Below are positions 40,884-52,390 of a stretch of 64,000 nt of DNA, piece after piece. The stretch lies in the NCBI GenBank assembly GCA_018607785.1, contig JABBAU010000026.1:10749-74748 (forward strand), given 5' to 3'. Within the stretch, counting starts at the first letter, position 1. Every line of letters starts with the position of its first letter. The notes beneath the pieces were generated by a model. That model was not told the origin of the DNA and did not search any database. It saw only the letters and a list, made by a program, of their open reading frames with translations. Position numbers and translations under genes: made by a program. Source of the DNA: Methylobacillus sp. (lineage in GTDB: Bacteria; Pseudomonadota; Gammaproteobacteria; Burkholderiales; Methylophilaceae).

Positions 40884-41822
40884 ATGGCAATAAAGCAAAA
40901 AAATAAATCTAAAGAAATTCAGCATCTTCTATCTATCAAAGATATGGATTTGAAAACAATAGAAGATATTTTTCTCAGTGCCGATAAATATCTACAAAAT
41001 AAAAATATAAATAAATATGAGATATTAAAAGGAAAAACTGTCTGCAACTTATTTTTTGAAAATAGCACCAGAACCCAAACAACATTTGAAATTGCTGCAA
41101 AAAGGCTTTCTGCAGATGTCATTAATCTAGATATTGCAACATCATCTCAGTCTAAGGGTGAGTCTATTCTTGATCTTATCAATAATTTAATAGCTATGGG
41201 TGTAAGTATTTTTGTTGTTAGGCACTCAAAACCTGGCATTCCAGAATTAATTGCAAAAAGTATAAAAAACAATGCCAGCATAATTAATGCAGGAGATGGT
41301 AACAAAGAACACCCTACACAAGCTTTACTGGATGCCTACACTATCAGAAACTTTAAAAAACCATTTTCAAATTTAAAGGTTGCAATTGTTGGTGATATAG
41401 AACATTCAAGAGTTGCTAAGTCAGAAATTTATATTTTAAACAAACTAGGAACGAAAGAAGTTCGGGTTATTGGACCAAAAACATTAATGCCAAAAAATAT
41501 TGAAGAATTTAATGTGAAAGTTTTTGAGACAATGGAGCAGGGATTAGTTGATGTAGATGCTATCTTGATGCTAAGGATTCAAAAAGAAAGAATGAAAAAA
41601 GATACTATTCCATCAGAAAAGAAATATTTTGAAAATTTCGGATTAAATAAGGAACGACTAAAATACGCAAAAAAAGATTGTTTAGTGCTTCATCCTGGTC
41701 CAATAAATAGAGGTGTTGAAATCGATTCATTGGTGGCGGATGGAAATCAATCTGTCATACTAGAACAAGTTAAAAATGGAATTGGAATAAGAATGGCAGT
41801 TATGGAAAAAATGGATAAATAA
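40884..41822 (+). CDS. pyrB: Aspartate carbamoyltransferase catalytic subunit
   Basis: FFENSTRT, HPTQ, HPGP. Confidence 0.95.
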   Translation: MAIKQKNKSKEIQHLLSIKDMDLKTIEDIFLSADKYLQNKNINKYEILKGKTVCNLFFENSTRTQTTFEIAAKRLSADVINLDIATSSQSKGESILDLINNLIAMGVSIFVVRHSKPGIPELIAKSIKNNASIINAGDGNKEHPTQALLDAYTIRNFKKPFSNLKVAIVGDIEHSRVAKSEIYILNKLGTKEVRVIGPKTLMPKNIEEFNVKVFETMEQGLVDVDAILMLRIQKERMKKDTIPSEKKYFENFGLNKERLKYAKKDCLVLHPGPINRGVEIDSLVADGNQSVILEQVKNGIGIRMAVMEKMDK

Positions 41823-41911
41823 TAATTTAAGTTTTTTAAAAACAATATGTCATCGCTTAACTTTAAAAAAATATATAATAATGACTAAATAATTTAATCA
41901 GGAAAATAACT

Positions 41912-42043
41912 ATGCTCGAAAAATTAATAAATGCTCTTCTCGGAAAAGATACAAATGCTAAGAAAAAACCAGCAGCAAAGAAAAAGCCTGTAGCTAAGAA
42001 AAAACCAGCAGCAAAGAAAAAGCCTGTAGCTAAGAAAAAATAA
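41912..42043 (+). CDS. 43-aa lysine-rich histone H1-like protein (not in ORF track)
   Basis: MLEKLINALLGKDTNAKKKPAAKKKPVAKKKPAAKKKPVAKKK; AGGA RBS at 41900-41903, TATAAT at 41874-41879, terminator downstream. Confidence 0.8.
   Translation: MLEKLINALLGKDTNAKKKPAAKKKPVAKKKPAAKKKPVAKKK
41957..42040 (+). repeat. Perfect 36-bp tandem repeat, 2.33 copies
   Basis: GCTAAGAAAAAACCAGCAGCAAAGAAAAAGCCTGTA at 41957 and 41993, partial copy at 42029. Confidence 0.95.
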
Positions 42044-42069
42044 TCAAAACTTTTTGATAAAATTTACAT

Positions 42070-42095
42070 AAACCAGGCTTTGAGCTTGGTTTTTT
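42070..42095 (+). terminator. Intrinsic terminator after the H1-like ORF
   Basis: AAACCAGGCT-TTG-AGCTTGGTTT stem (one G-U) plus T run. Confidence 0.8.
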
Positions 42096-42107
42096 GTTTT
42101 AAAAGAT

Positions 42108-42785
42108 ATGTTAGAAATTAAAGATAATATAAAAACTGTTCGAGAAGAAATTGAACAAAATCCTAATACAGGCGAAAAAAATATTCGTCTTGTAGCCGTT
42201 AGCAAAGGGCAAAATTATTCTGCAATAAAGGCTGCATTTGATGCAGGTCAAAGTATTTTTGGTGAAAATTATGTTCAGGAAGCACTTGAAAAAAAAGAAT
42301 TTCTTAACAGCCTTGATATTGAGTGGCATTTTATAGGCCCTATTCAGAGTAATAAATGTAAACTCATATCAGAACATTTTTCATGGGTTCAAACTGTTGA
42401 CCGAATCAAAATAGCAAATAAATTAAACCAAAATAGAGATACAAAAAATCCATTAAATATTTGCATTCAAATTAATATTAGTGATGAAGCTTCCAAAAGT
42501 GGAATAAATGTTAGTGAAGTATTTGATTTTGCTGAGCTTGTGCATAATCTTAAAAGTTTAAACTTAAGAGGAATAATGGCCATTCCGTCAAAAGAAAGTG
42601 AGAGAAAAACTTTGTTATCACAATACAAAACTATGAGAGAAATATACGAAAAATTAAAAATAAAGTATAACTCTATTGATACTTTATCAATGGGAATGTC
42701 TAATGATTACTTGTTAGCTATACAGAATGGGTCTAATCTTGTAAGAATTGGAACAAAGATTTTTGGTAAGAGAAAAATACAATGA
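42108..42785 (+). CDS. yggS: PLP homeostasis protein
   Basis: VAVSK, FGENYVQE, HFIGPIQSNK, SMGMS. Confidence 0.93.
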   Translation: MLEIKDNIKTVREEIEQNPNTGEKNIRLVAVSKGQNYSAIKAAFDAGQSIFGENYVQEALEKKEFLNSLDIEWHFIGPIQSNKCKLISEHFSWVQTVDRIKIANKLNQNRDTKNPLNICIQINISDEASKSGINVSEVFDFAELVHNLKSLNLRGIMAIPSKESERKTLLSQYKTMREIYEKLKIKYNSIDTLSMGMSNDYLLAIQNGSNLVRIGTKIFGKRKIQ

Positions 42786-43627
42786 AAAATAAACTTTATT
42801 TTATTGGATACGGAAATATGGCTGAGGCTATTTACCAAAGAATAGATAAAAAACTATTTGGTAAAATTTTTTTAATTGAGAAAAATAGTGAGCGAAGAGT
42901 TTATATTAATGAAAAAAATTATAAAAAAACCCAAGTACTTAAAGAGCTCAATGGGATAAAATTTAATAATTCAGATATTGTTTTACTAGCCGTTAAACCC
43001 AACCAAATTAAATCGGTCTGTGAAGAAATCAATTCGTTAATTTTAGGAAAAAAAGATATCCCAATAATAATTTCTATTGCTGCAGGGGTTACAACTACTG
43101 CAATCAAAAACTTTATTATTAATAATTTAACTAATCTTCAAAACGATATAGATATTTTTAGAGCAATGCCAAATTTATGTGCAAGAGATGGTGAAGCTAT
43201 AACAGGTTTATATGGCAAATCTAAACAAATAAATAAATCAAATCTAACCACTATTATTTCAAAAATATTTAAGTCTATAGGGGAAATTTTATGGGTAAAG
43301 AAAGAATCAGACTTAGATATTGTCACTGCGATATCTGGAAGTGGGCCTGCGTATATTTTTTATTTCATAGATACCATGATCAAATCAGCAGTAGAACTCG
43401 GACTAGACAAAAAAAATGCCAAAAAGTTAGTAATACAAACGGTCATTGGATCAGGAAAGGCTGGCATATCTATTGATAATTTTGCAGAACAAATTTCCAA
43501 AGTTGCATCTAAAGGTGGCACTACGGAGGCAGCCATAAATCTACTTAATAAAAAAAATCTAGATGTAATTTTTACCCAGGCAATTAAAGCAGCCTATTCT
43601 AAATCAAAAGAAATTAGCCTCCCTTAA
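42782..43627 (+). CDS. proC: Pyrroline-5-carboxylate reductase
   Basis: GYGNM, RAMPN, SGSGPAY, SKGGTT. Confidence 0.92.
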   Translation: MKNKLYFIGYGNMAEAIYQRIDKKLFGKIFLIEKNSERRVYINEKNYKKTQVLKELNGIKFNNSDIVLLAVKPNQIKSVCEEINSLILGKKDIPIIISIAAGVTTTAIKNFIINNLTNLQNDIDIFRAMPNLCARDGEAITGLYGKSKQINKSNLTTIISKIFKSIGEILWVKKESDLDIVTAISGSGPAYIFYFIDTMIKSAVELGLDKKNAKKLVIQTVIGSGKAGISIDNFAEQISKVASKGGTTEAAINLLNKKNLDVIFTQAIKAAYSKSKEISLP

Positions 43628-44715
43628 TGGCAAAACATATTATTGTAGGTTTATCCGGAGGTGTTGATTCAGCTGTAAGTGCCTGGCTTTTAAAAAATCA
43701 AGGATACAAAGTAACTGGCCTTTTCATGAAAAATTGGGAAGATGATGATGATGATGAGTATTGCACAAGTAAACAAGATTTAATAGATGCAGTATCAGTT
43801 TCAGAAAAAATAGGTATAGATATTGAAGTAGTAAATTTTGCCAAGGAATATAAGAAAAAAGTTTTTTCTCTATTCATTTCTGGTTTAGAAAAAGGTATCA
43901 CTCCAAATCCAGATATTTTATGTAATTCAGAAATTAAATTTGAAGCTTTTCTTAAGCATGCCTTTAAGATGGGTGCCTCAAAAATCGCAACTGGTCATTA
44001 TGCTAATATTATTGAAAAGGATGGTCTTTTTCATCTAGTAAAAGCTTTTGATGGGACAAAAGATCAAAGCTATTTTTTACACAGATTAAATCAATCTCAA
44101 TTGTCTAAATCAATTTTTCCTTTGGGTGGTTTATTAAAATCAGATGTTAGGGCCCTAGCTAAAGAACATAAACTTCATAATCACGACAGAAAAGACTCTA
44201 CCGGAATTTGTTTTATTGGGGAGAGGCCTTTTGCTGAATTCATTGAAAAATATATTAAAAAGAATCCAGGTTTAATTTTTGATATAGATGGAAATGAGAT
44301 TGGAGAACATAATGGAGTAAATTTTTATACAATTGGTCAGAGACAAGGTCTCAATATCGGAGGCACAAAAAATGGAAGTGGTTTGCCTTGGTTTGTTTTA
44401 GAGAAAGATATCAAAAATAATACTCTACTAGTTGGTCAAGGACATGACCACCCTCTTCTTCTGAGTGACGGTTTATTAGCAGATGATTTACATTGGATTT
44501 CTGGAATAAAACCGAAACTTAATTGGGTTTATTCTGCAAAAACAAGATATAGACAAATGGATGCACCATGTGAAATTGATAATTATTCTGCAGGGAATTG
44601 CTCAATCATGTTTGGCCAAAAGCAATGGGCGATTACTCCAGGTCAATCTGTTGTTATTTATGAAAGTAATATTTGTTTAGGAGGGGGTCAAATAAATAAG
44701 GCGTTGAATAAATAA
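43627..44715 (+). CDS. mnmA: tRNA 2-thiouridylase
   Basis: [24 protein letters not shown]. Confidence 0.95.
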   Translation: MAKHIIVGLSGGVDSAVSAWLLKNQGYKVTGLFMKNWEDDDDDEYCTSKQDLIDAVSVSEKIGIDIEVVNFAKEYKKKVFSLFISGLEKGITPNPDILCNSEIKFEAFLKHAFKMGASKIATGHYANIIEKDGLFHLVKAFDGTKDQSYFLHRLNQSQLSKSIFPLGGLLKSDVRALAKEHKLHNHDRKDSTGICFIGERPFAEFIEKYIKKNPGLIFDIDGNEIGEHNGVNFYTIGQRQGLNIGGTKNGSGLPWFVLEKDIKNNTLLVGQGHDHPLLLSDGLLADDLHWISGIKPKLNWVYSAKTRYRQMDAPCEIDNYSAGNCSIMFGQKQWAITPGQSVVIYESNICLGGGQINKALNK

Positions 44716-45572
44716 TGAGAAAAAACAGGCTCACAAAAACAATGTTATCAAATGCAATTAAAATAAATATTAAAAATGCATTAAAAGAAGATTTGGGTAC
44801 ATCTGACATAACAACAAACTTATTAGCAAATGATTTAAAAGGCCAAGCCAAAATTAAGATTAAAGAAAGTGCAATTTTTTGCGGCAAATCATGGGTTGAA
44901 GAATGCTTTAGACAAATAGATAAGAATATCAAAATTACCTGGCTAATAAAGGATGGAGATAGAGCAAGAAAAAATCAAACTGTTTGTATTCTTGATGGGT
45001 TTTTTAAATCTATCTTAAAGGGTGAGAGAGTAGCTCTAAATTTTTTACAATTACTCTCAGGTACAGCAACTTCAACTGCATATTTAAAAAGTTTAATTAA
45101 AAATTCTCCAACAAAGCTATTTGATACACGAAAAACAATCCCCGGTTTAAGGATCGCTCAAAAGTATGCAGTTCAAGTAGGAGGTGGCAATAATCAAAGG
45201 ATAGGATTATTTGATCAAATCTTGTTAAAAGAGAACCATAAAACTGCATTTGGCTCAATAAAGAAAATGTTAATAAATATTGATAATTTAAAAAATGTGC
45301 AAGTTGAAGTCGAGAGCATTAAAGAATTTATTGAGGCACTTTCTTTTGGGTCAAAAAATATATTATTAGATAATTTTTCTATTGAAGAATTAAAAAAAGT
45401 AGTTCAACTAAATAACGGTCAAGCATTACTTGAGGCTTCAGGAAATATTAATGAAAAAAATATTATAAAATACGCAAAAACTGGGGTGGACAGAATATCT
45501 ATTGGTGCTATTACTAAAAATATAAAATCAATTGACTATTCAATGCTTTTTTCGCCTCAAAAGCCTACATAA
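44715..45572 (+). CDS. nadC: Quinolinate phosphoribosyltransferase
   Basis: DTRKTIPG, KENH, LLDN, EASG. Confidence 0.92.
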   Translation: MRKNRLTKTMLSNAIKINIKNALKEDLGTSDITTNLLANDLKGQAKIKIKESAIFCGKSWVEECFRQIDKNIKITWLIKDGDRARKNQTVCILDGFFKSILKGERVALNFLQLLSGTATSTAYLKSLIKNSPTKLFDTRKTIPGLRIAQKYAVQVGGGNNQRIGLFDQILLKENHKTAFGSIKKMLINIDNLKNVQVEVESIKEFIEALSFGSKNILLDNFSIEELKKVVQLNNGQALLEASGNINEKNIIKYAKTGVDRISIGAITKNIKSIDYSMLFSPQKPT

Positions 45573-45628
45573 GCTTGAGGAAGACATAGCAAAAGGTTAT
45601 CATATCTGTTTATTATTATTGTATTTTC

Positions 45629-47359
45629 ATGAAAGCTGAAACTATCACTGGTGCTGAAATTGTTATCCGGTCCCTTCAAAAAGAAAACGTTAAATTTGTT
45701 TTTGGTTATCCTGGGGGAGCCGTTCTAAATATTTATGATGCAATTTTCAAACAAAATTCATTTAAACATGTTCTTGTTAGGCATGAGCAGGCAGCTGTTC
45801 ACGCTGCGGATGCCTATTCAAGAGCAACAGGTGATGTGGGTGTTGCCCTTGTAACATCTGGACCTGGAGCAACTAATGCCGTAACTGGAATTGCAACCGC
45901 TCATATGGATTCCATTCCAATGGTAATTATTAGCGGACAAGTTCCTACCCATGCTATTGGCCAAGATGCTTTTCAAGAATGTGATACCGTTGGGATCACA
46001 AGACCTTGTGTCAAGCATAATTTTTTAGTCAAAAATATCAAAAATATTGCAAGTACTATTAAGAAAGCTTTCTATTTGGCAGCCACAGGTCGGCCAGGCC
46101 CTGTATTGGTTGATATACCTAAAGATATAACAGCCGAAACTGCAGAATTTATTTACCCAGAAAATATTACGCTTAGATCATATAACCCTATCAAACAGGG
46201 CCATAGTGGACAAATCAATAAGGCTCTTGAGCTTCTCATTAATGCTGAAAAGCCGATGGTTTACTCTGGCGGGGGTGTAGTACTCGGAGATGCATCAGAA
46301 GCTCTAACAGAATTCGTTCAGCTCCTAGGATTTCCTATCACTAATACACTTATGGGATTGGGAGGCTTTCCTGCTTCGCATGAAAACTTTCTAGGAATGC
46401 TTGGTATGCATGGAACTTACGAAGCGAATATGGCAATGCAAGAATGTGATGTTTTATTGGCAGTTGGCGCAAGATTTGATGATAGGGTAATTGGTAATCC
46501 TGATCATTTTTTAGCCAAACCTAAAAAAATAATACATATTGATATTGATCCTGCATCCATTTCAAAAAGAGTAAAAATAGATATTCCAATTGTTGGTGAT
46601 GTAAATCTTGTTCTTAAAGAACTCATATCAACATTTAAAGAACAAAAAAATAAAAACCTTAAAGTGTCAGGTTCTGGGTGGCTTAAAACTATCAACCAAT
46701 GGAAAAGTAAAGATTGTATGAAGTTTGAGGACGATGGAACTGAAATTAAACCTCAAAAAGTTATACAAAAGCTTCATGAGGTCACAAATGGTGAGGCCTT
46801 TATTACTTCAGATGTTGGTCAACATCAAATGTGGGCTGCTCAATACTATCCATTTAATAAACCTAGAAGATGGATAAATTCTGGAGGTTTAGGCACGATG
46901 GGTGTTGGCCTCCCCTATGCAATGGGATGTCAACTTGCTTTTCCTGATTCTCAAGTTGCTTGTGTAACTGGAGAAGCATCTATTCAAATGTGTATTCAAG
47001 AGCTATCTACATGCAAACAATTTAATTTACCAGTAAAAATAATTAACTTAAATAATCGCTACATGGGTATGGTTAGGCAATGGCAAGAGTTTTTTTATGG
47101 AAATCGCTATGCTGAATCATATATGGATGCACTTCCAGATTTTGTGAAACTTGCCGAATCTTATGGACACGTTGGTATGAAAATTGAAAAATCTTCAGAT
47201 ATTGAAAGTGCTTTGAAGGAGGCATTTTCTCCAAAACTTAAAGAAAGGCTTGTGTTTTTAGATTTTATAACTGATCAAACTGAAAATGTTTTTCCTATGG
47301 TTCCTAATGGTAAAGGCCTATCGGAAATGATATTAGCTGATGGTGCAGAAGATCTATAA
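45629..47359 (+). CDS. ilvI: Acetolactate synthase large subunit
   Basis: GYPGGA, RHEQ, GQHQMW, MVRQWQ. Confidence 0.95.
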   Translation: MKAETITGAEIVIRSLQKENVKFVFGYPGGAVLNIYDAIFKQNSFKHVLVRHEQAAVHAADAYSRATGDVGVALVTSGPGATNAVTGIATAHMDSIPMVIISGQVPTHAIGQDAFQECDTVGITRPCVKHNFLVKNIKNIASTIKKAFYLAATGRPGPVLVDIPKDITAETAEFIYPENITLRSYNPIKQGHSGQINKALELLINAEKPMVYSGGGVVLGDASEALTEFVQLLGFPITNTLMGLGGFPASHENFLGMLGMHGTYEANMAMQECDVLLAVGARFDDRVIGNPDHFLAKPKKIIHIDIDPASISKRVKIDIPIVGDVNLVLKELISTFKEQKNKNLKVSGSGWLKTINQWKSKDCMKFEDDGTEIKPQKVIQKLHEVTNGEAFITSDVGQHQMWAAQYYPFNKPRRWINSGGLGTMGVGLPYAMGCQLAFPDSQVACVTGEASIQMCIQELSTCKQFNLPVKIINLNNRYMGMVRQWQEFFYGNRYAESYMDALPDFVKLAESYGHVGMKIEKSSDIESALKEAFSPKLKERLVFLDFITDQTENVFPMVPNGKGLSEMILADGAEDL

Positions 47360-49504
<2,145 letters not shown>

Positions 49505-49975
49505 TTAAATTTCAATAAAAACAGCTAATTGCTTTAAAGCTTTTGAATAAACATCTCTCTTAAAGTCTATTACCTTATCATTAGGTATCCAATAGTCAAT
49601 CCAAGACCAATCATCAAATTCAGGTTTTATTGCATTTTTAAGGAAAATATCACTCTCGTCTCCTAAAAATTTCAATAAAAACCAAATTTGCTTTTGCCCT
49701 TTATACAAATTATTATCTTTTCTAATCCAATTTTTTGGCACATCGTAATATAACCAGTCATTTGTTTTTCCAAGAATCTTTACTTTGTCTTTGCTGATAC
49801 CAACCTCTTCTTTTAGTTCTCGAAACATTGCATCTTCTATTTTTTCATTTGACTTAACTCCACCTTGAGGAAATTGCCATGCATTTTCATTTGCTCTTTT
49901 AGCCCAAAGTACTTTTCGATCCTTATTAATTATTACTATCGCTACATTTTCACGATACCCTTCTTTATCAATCAT
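49505..49975 (-). CDS. rppH: RNA pyrophosphohydrolase
   Basis: MIDKEGYR, WQFPQGG Nudix box, GQKQIWF. Confidence 0.93.
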   Translation of the reverse strand: MIDKEGYRENVAIVIINKDRKVLWAKRANENAWQFPQGGVKSNEKIEDAMFRELKEEVGISKDKVKILGKTNDWLYYDVPKNWIRKDNNLYKGQKQIWFLLKFLGDESDIFLKNAIKPEFDDWSWIDYWIPNDKVIDFKRDVYSKALKQLAVFIEI

Positions 49976-50034
49976 CAGTGTTATCCTTATAAATATTAAT
50001 AACTTTTTTTTAATTATTTAACCGTTTAAAAATC

Positions 50035-51018
50035 ATGAAACAAAAAAAATTATCAATTTTTACTTCTAAAATTTTATATTTTTTTATTTTAACTTTTTTT
50101 CTAGTATTTCTTTATTTTATTTACTTAGACAGCTTTAATAAAGAGAATATATCTAAGGCATATATAACCAACCAAGGCGATAATACGGTATCTGTTATAA
50201 ATCTTAATTCATTAAAAAAAGTTAAAACCATAAATGTTGGGGTTGCACCTCTTGGCATAACTGTTCTACAAAAAAAACAATTGGTTTTTATTGGTAATGT
50301 TGGCACCGATGATATCTCGGTCATTGACGCAGTAAATGATAAATTAATAAAAACAATTAAATTACACACTGCGCCACTCAGTCTGACATCAAACTCAGAG
50401 GAAACAGAAATTTATATCACTGACTGGTTCAAAAATAACATTCTTACAATTTCAGTGGAAGATTTGAAAGTGAGTGGTTCATTTAAAGTTGGCAAGACAC
50501 CCTCGGGAGTTACTTTTAATGAAAAATATCAGTATATAATTATCAGTAATCGAGATGAAAATACTATCGAAATTTATGACAAAGACCATAAATTAGTAAA
50601 AAAAATAAAAGCAGGTGCTCATCCATTTGGTATATATTCAATAGATGACTTTGTTTACGTAGCGAATGTTTATGATGATTCTGTGAGTGTTATAAATTTA
50701 GTTGATTGGTCAAAATATAATTTTTTAGTTGGAGCCCATCCATATAATGTAAGAGTTCATAATAGAATTGCATATATCACAAATACCGTTGACGATACAT
50801 TAACCATTTTTGACTTGAGCTCAAAAAAAACTATAAAAACAATAGAAACGGGTGAGACTCCTGAAAATTTAGATTTTAACTTCAAACTAAATCTATTAGT
50901 AAACACAAATTGGGGTGGTGATTCAATATCAATTTTTGATGCTCAAAGTTTACAACTTATAAAAGAAATAAAAACCGGAGCACAAAGTCGTTCGTTCGGA
51001 GATTTTATACTTCATTAA
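50035..51018 (+). CDS. YVTN/YncE-type beta-propeller with N-terminal TM anchor
   Basis: Repeated AYITN/YVAN...VSVI...VGxxP blades. Confidence 0.8.
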   Translation: MKQKKLSIFTSKILYFFILTFFLVFLYFIYLDSFNKENISKAYITNQGDNTVSVINLNSLKKVKTINVGVAPLGITVLQKKQLVFIGNVGTDDISVIDAVNDKLIKTIKLHTAPLSLTSNSEETEIYITDWFKNNILTISVEDLKVSGSFKVGKTPSGVTFNEKYQYIIISNRDENTIEIYDKDHKLVKKIKAGAHPFGIYSIDDFVYVANVYDDSVSVINLVDWSKYNFLVGAHPYNVRVHNRIAYITNTVDDTLTIFDLSSKKTIKTIETGETPENLDFNFKLNLLVNTNWGGDSISIFDAQSLQLIKEIKTGAQSRSFGDFILH

Positions 51019-51072
51019 AGTTTTTATAGTAGTATATTGAATATTTAAAATTACTTATAAAGGATTTAGGGG

Positions 51073-51507
51073 ATGAAAAAAATTATATTTGCCTTGGTGG
51101 CCATCATGTTTTCAGCATCAGTTTTTTCGCATGGCCCAACACCGCAAAAAGTCCAGGAATCAGTGACCATAGCAGCTTCACCACAAAAAACATGGGAAGC
51201 ATTAAAAAACTATTCTGAATTAAAAAAGATCATGAAAGTAAGGTCTTTCAAGGATAAATTAATGAAAGCAAAATATGAACTCATAGAAAAAGATGTTCCC
51301 TTCTCAGATTATAATGCTCAAATCAGGGTTAAAAAAGGTGCTAACGATAATGAGTCAATTGTTCAGTGGACTGCAAGATTTTACAGAACATATAAATTAA
51401 ACCCACCAATTCCTGAAGGCCAAGATGACGCAACAGCTGTAGCAGCAGTAAAAAAAATAGTGGGGCCTGGATTAGAGGGATTCAAGAAATATGTTGAATC
51501 GCAATAA
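51073..51507 (+). CDS. Periplasmic SRPBCC protein, MxaD-like
   Basis: Signal peptide followed by HGPTPQKV; WTARFYR and NPP motifs. Confidence 0.72.
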   Translation: MKKIIFALVAIMFSASVFSHGPTPQKVQESVTIAASPQKTWEALKNYSELKKIMKVRSFKDKLMKAKYELIEKDVPFSDYNAQIRVKKGANDNESIVQWTARFYRTYKLNPPIPEGQDDATAVAAVKKIVGPGLEGFKKYVESQ

Positions 51508-51523
51508 AATAAAAATATCAAAT

Positions 51524-51552
51524 AAAAAGCGGATCTAGAATCCGCTTTTTTT
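51524..51552 (+). terminator. Intrinsic (bidirectional) terminator
   Basis: AAAAAGCGGAT-CTAGA-ATCCGCTTTTTTT. Confidence 0.85.
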
Positions 51553-52164
51553 ATGATTATAATTAATCAACAAACCTTACCAAAAGCTTTAGTAATTTGG
51601 CTACATGGATTAGGTGCTGATCAAAATGATTTTATATCTTTCATTGAGAAGCTTCATTTAAATAATTTCATGTTTATCCTCCCTAATGCGCCTTTCAGAA
51701 AAATTACAATGAATCAAGGTTATGAAATGCGTGGCTGGTATGATATTGATTCTTTAAATTTTAAAACTCAAGACAATCTGGGTTTAAATGAATCTAAGGC
51801 CCTAATTGAATCGATTATTCAATCAAAATATAATGTATTGAATAGACCAAAATTATTTATAGGGGGATTTTCGCAAGGAGCTGCTCTTGCTCAATATATA
51901 GGATTAAATTCAAAATTTGAATTTACTAAAATAATTTCACTTTCAGGCTACCTACCTGATATGGTGATTACAGAAAATAAATCTCATCAAAAAATACTTG
52001 CAATTCATGGGGTTTATGATGACATTATTAGCATTAATATAGCAAAGAGCTCCTACGAAAAGTACAAAATTAACAAGAATTTTGTACTAAAAGAATATAA
52101 AATGGGTCACGAGGTAATCGAGGAAGAAATCTTCGATGTAAGAAATTATTTATTAAGTGATTAA
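51553..52164 (+). CDS. Carboxylesterase/phospholipase (alpha/beta hydrolase)
   Basis: LHGLGA, WYD, GFSQG nucleophile, HG..D, GH. Confidence 0.88.
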   Translation: MIIINQQTLPKALVIWLHGLGADQNDFISFIEKLHLNNFMFILPNAPFRKITMNQGYEMRGWYDIDSLNFKTQDNLGLNESKALIESIIQSKYNVLNRPKLFIGGFSQGAALAQYIGLNSKFEFTKIISLSGYLPDMVITENKSHQKILAIHGVYDDIISINIAKSSYEKYKINKNFVLKEYKMGHEVIEEEIFDVRNYLLSD

Positions 52165-52168
52165 ATTT

Positions 52169-52390
52169 ATGCCAACAGACAATTTAAATCTAGAAAAATT
52201 ACTAACTGAACTCGAATCAATTGTTAATAAAATGGAAAGCGATAATCTAAACATAGAAGAATCCCTAAAGTCATACGAAAAGGGTATTAATTTAATTAAG
52301 GACGCACAAAATAAATTAAAAAAAATCGAACAAAAAGTTGAGGTGCTCTCAAAAGATGACGTTTTAGAAAATTTTAATAAAGATGAATAA
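52169..52390 (+). CDS. xseB: Exodeoxyribonuclease VII small subunit
   Basis: ELESIVNKME, LKSYEKG, EQKV; start may be ATG 52169 or GTG 52157. Confidence 0.88.
   Translation: MPTDNLNLEKLLTELESIVNKMESDNLNIEESLKSYEKGINLIKDAQNKLKKIEQKVEVLSKDDVLENFNKDE

Noticed and set aside
41957..42040. 36-bp repeat as a CRISPR array
   Set aside because: No spacers and no cas genes; the repeat is in-frame coding sequence
43738..43758. (GAT)n microsatellite in mnmA
   Set aside because: Encodes the normal acidic WEDDDDDE motif
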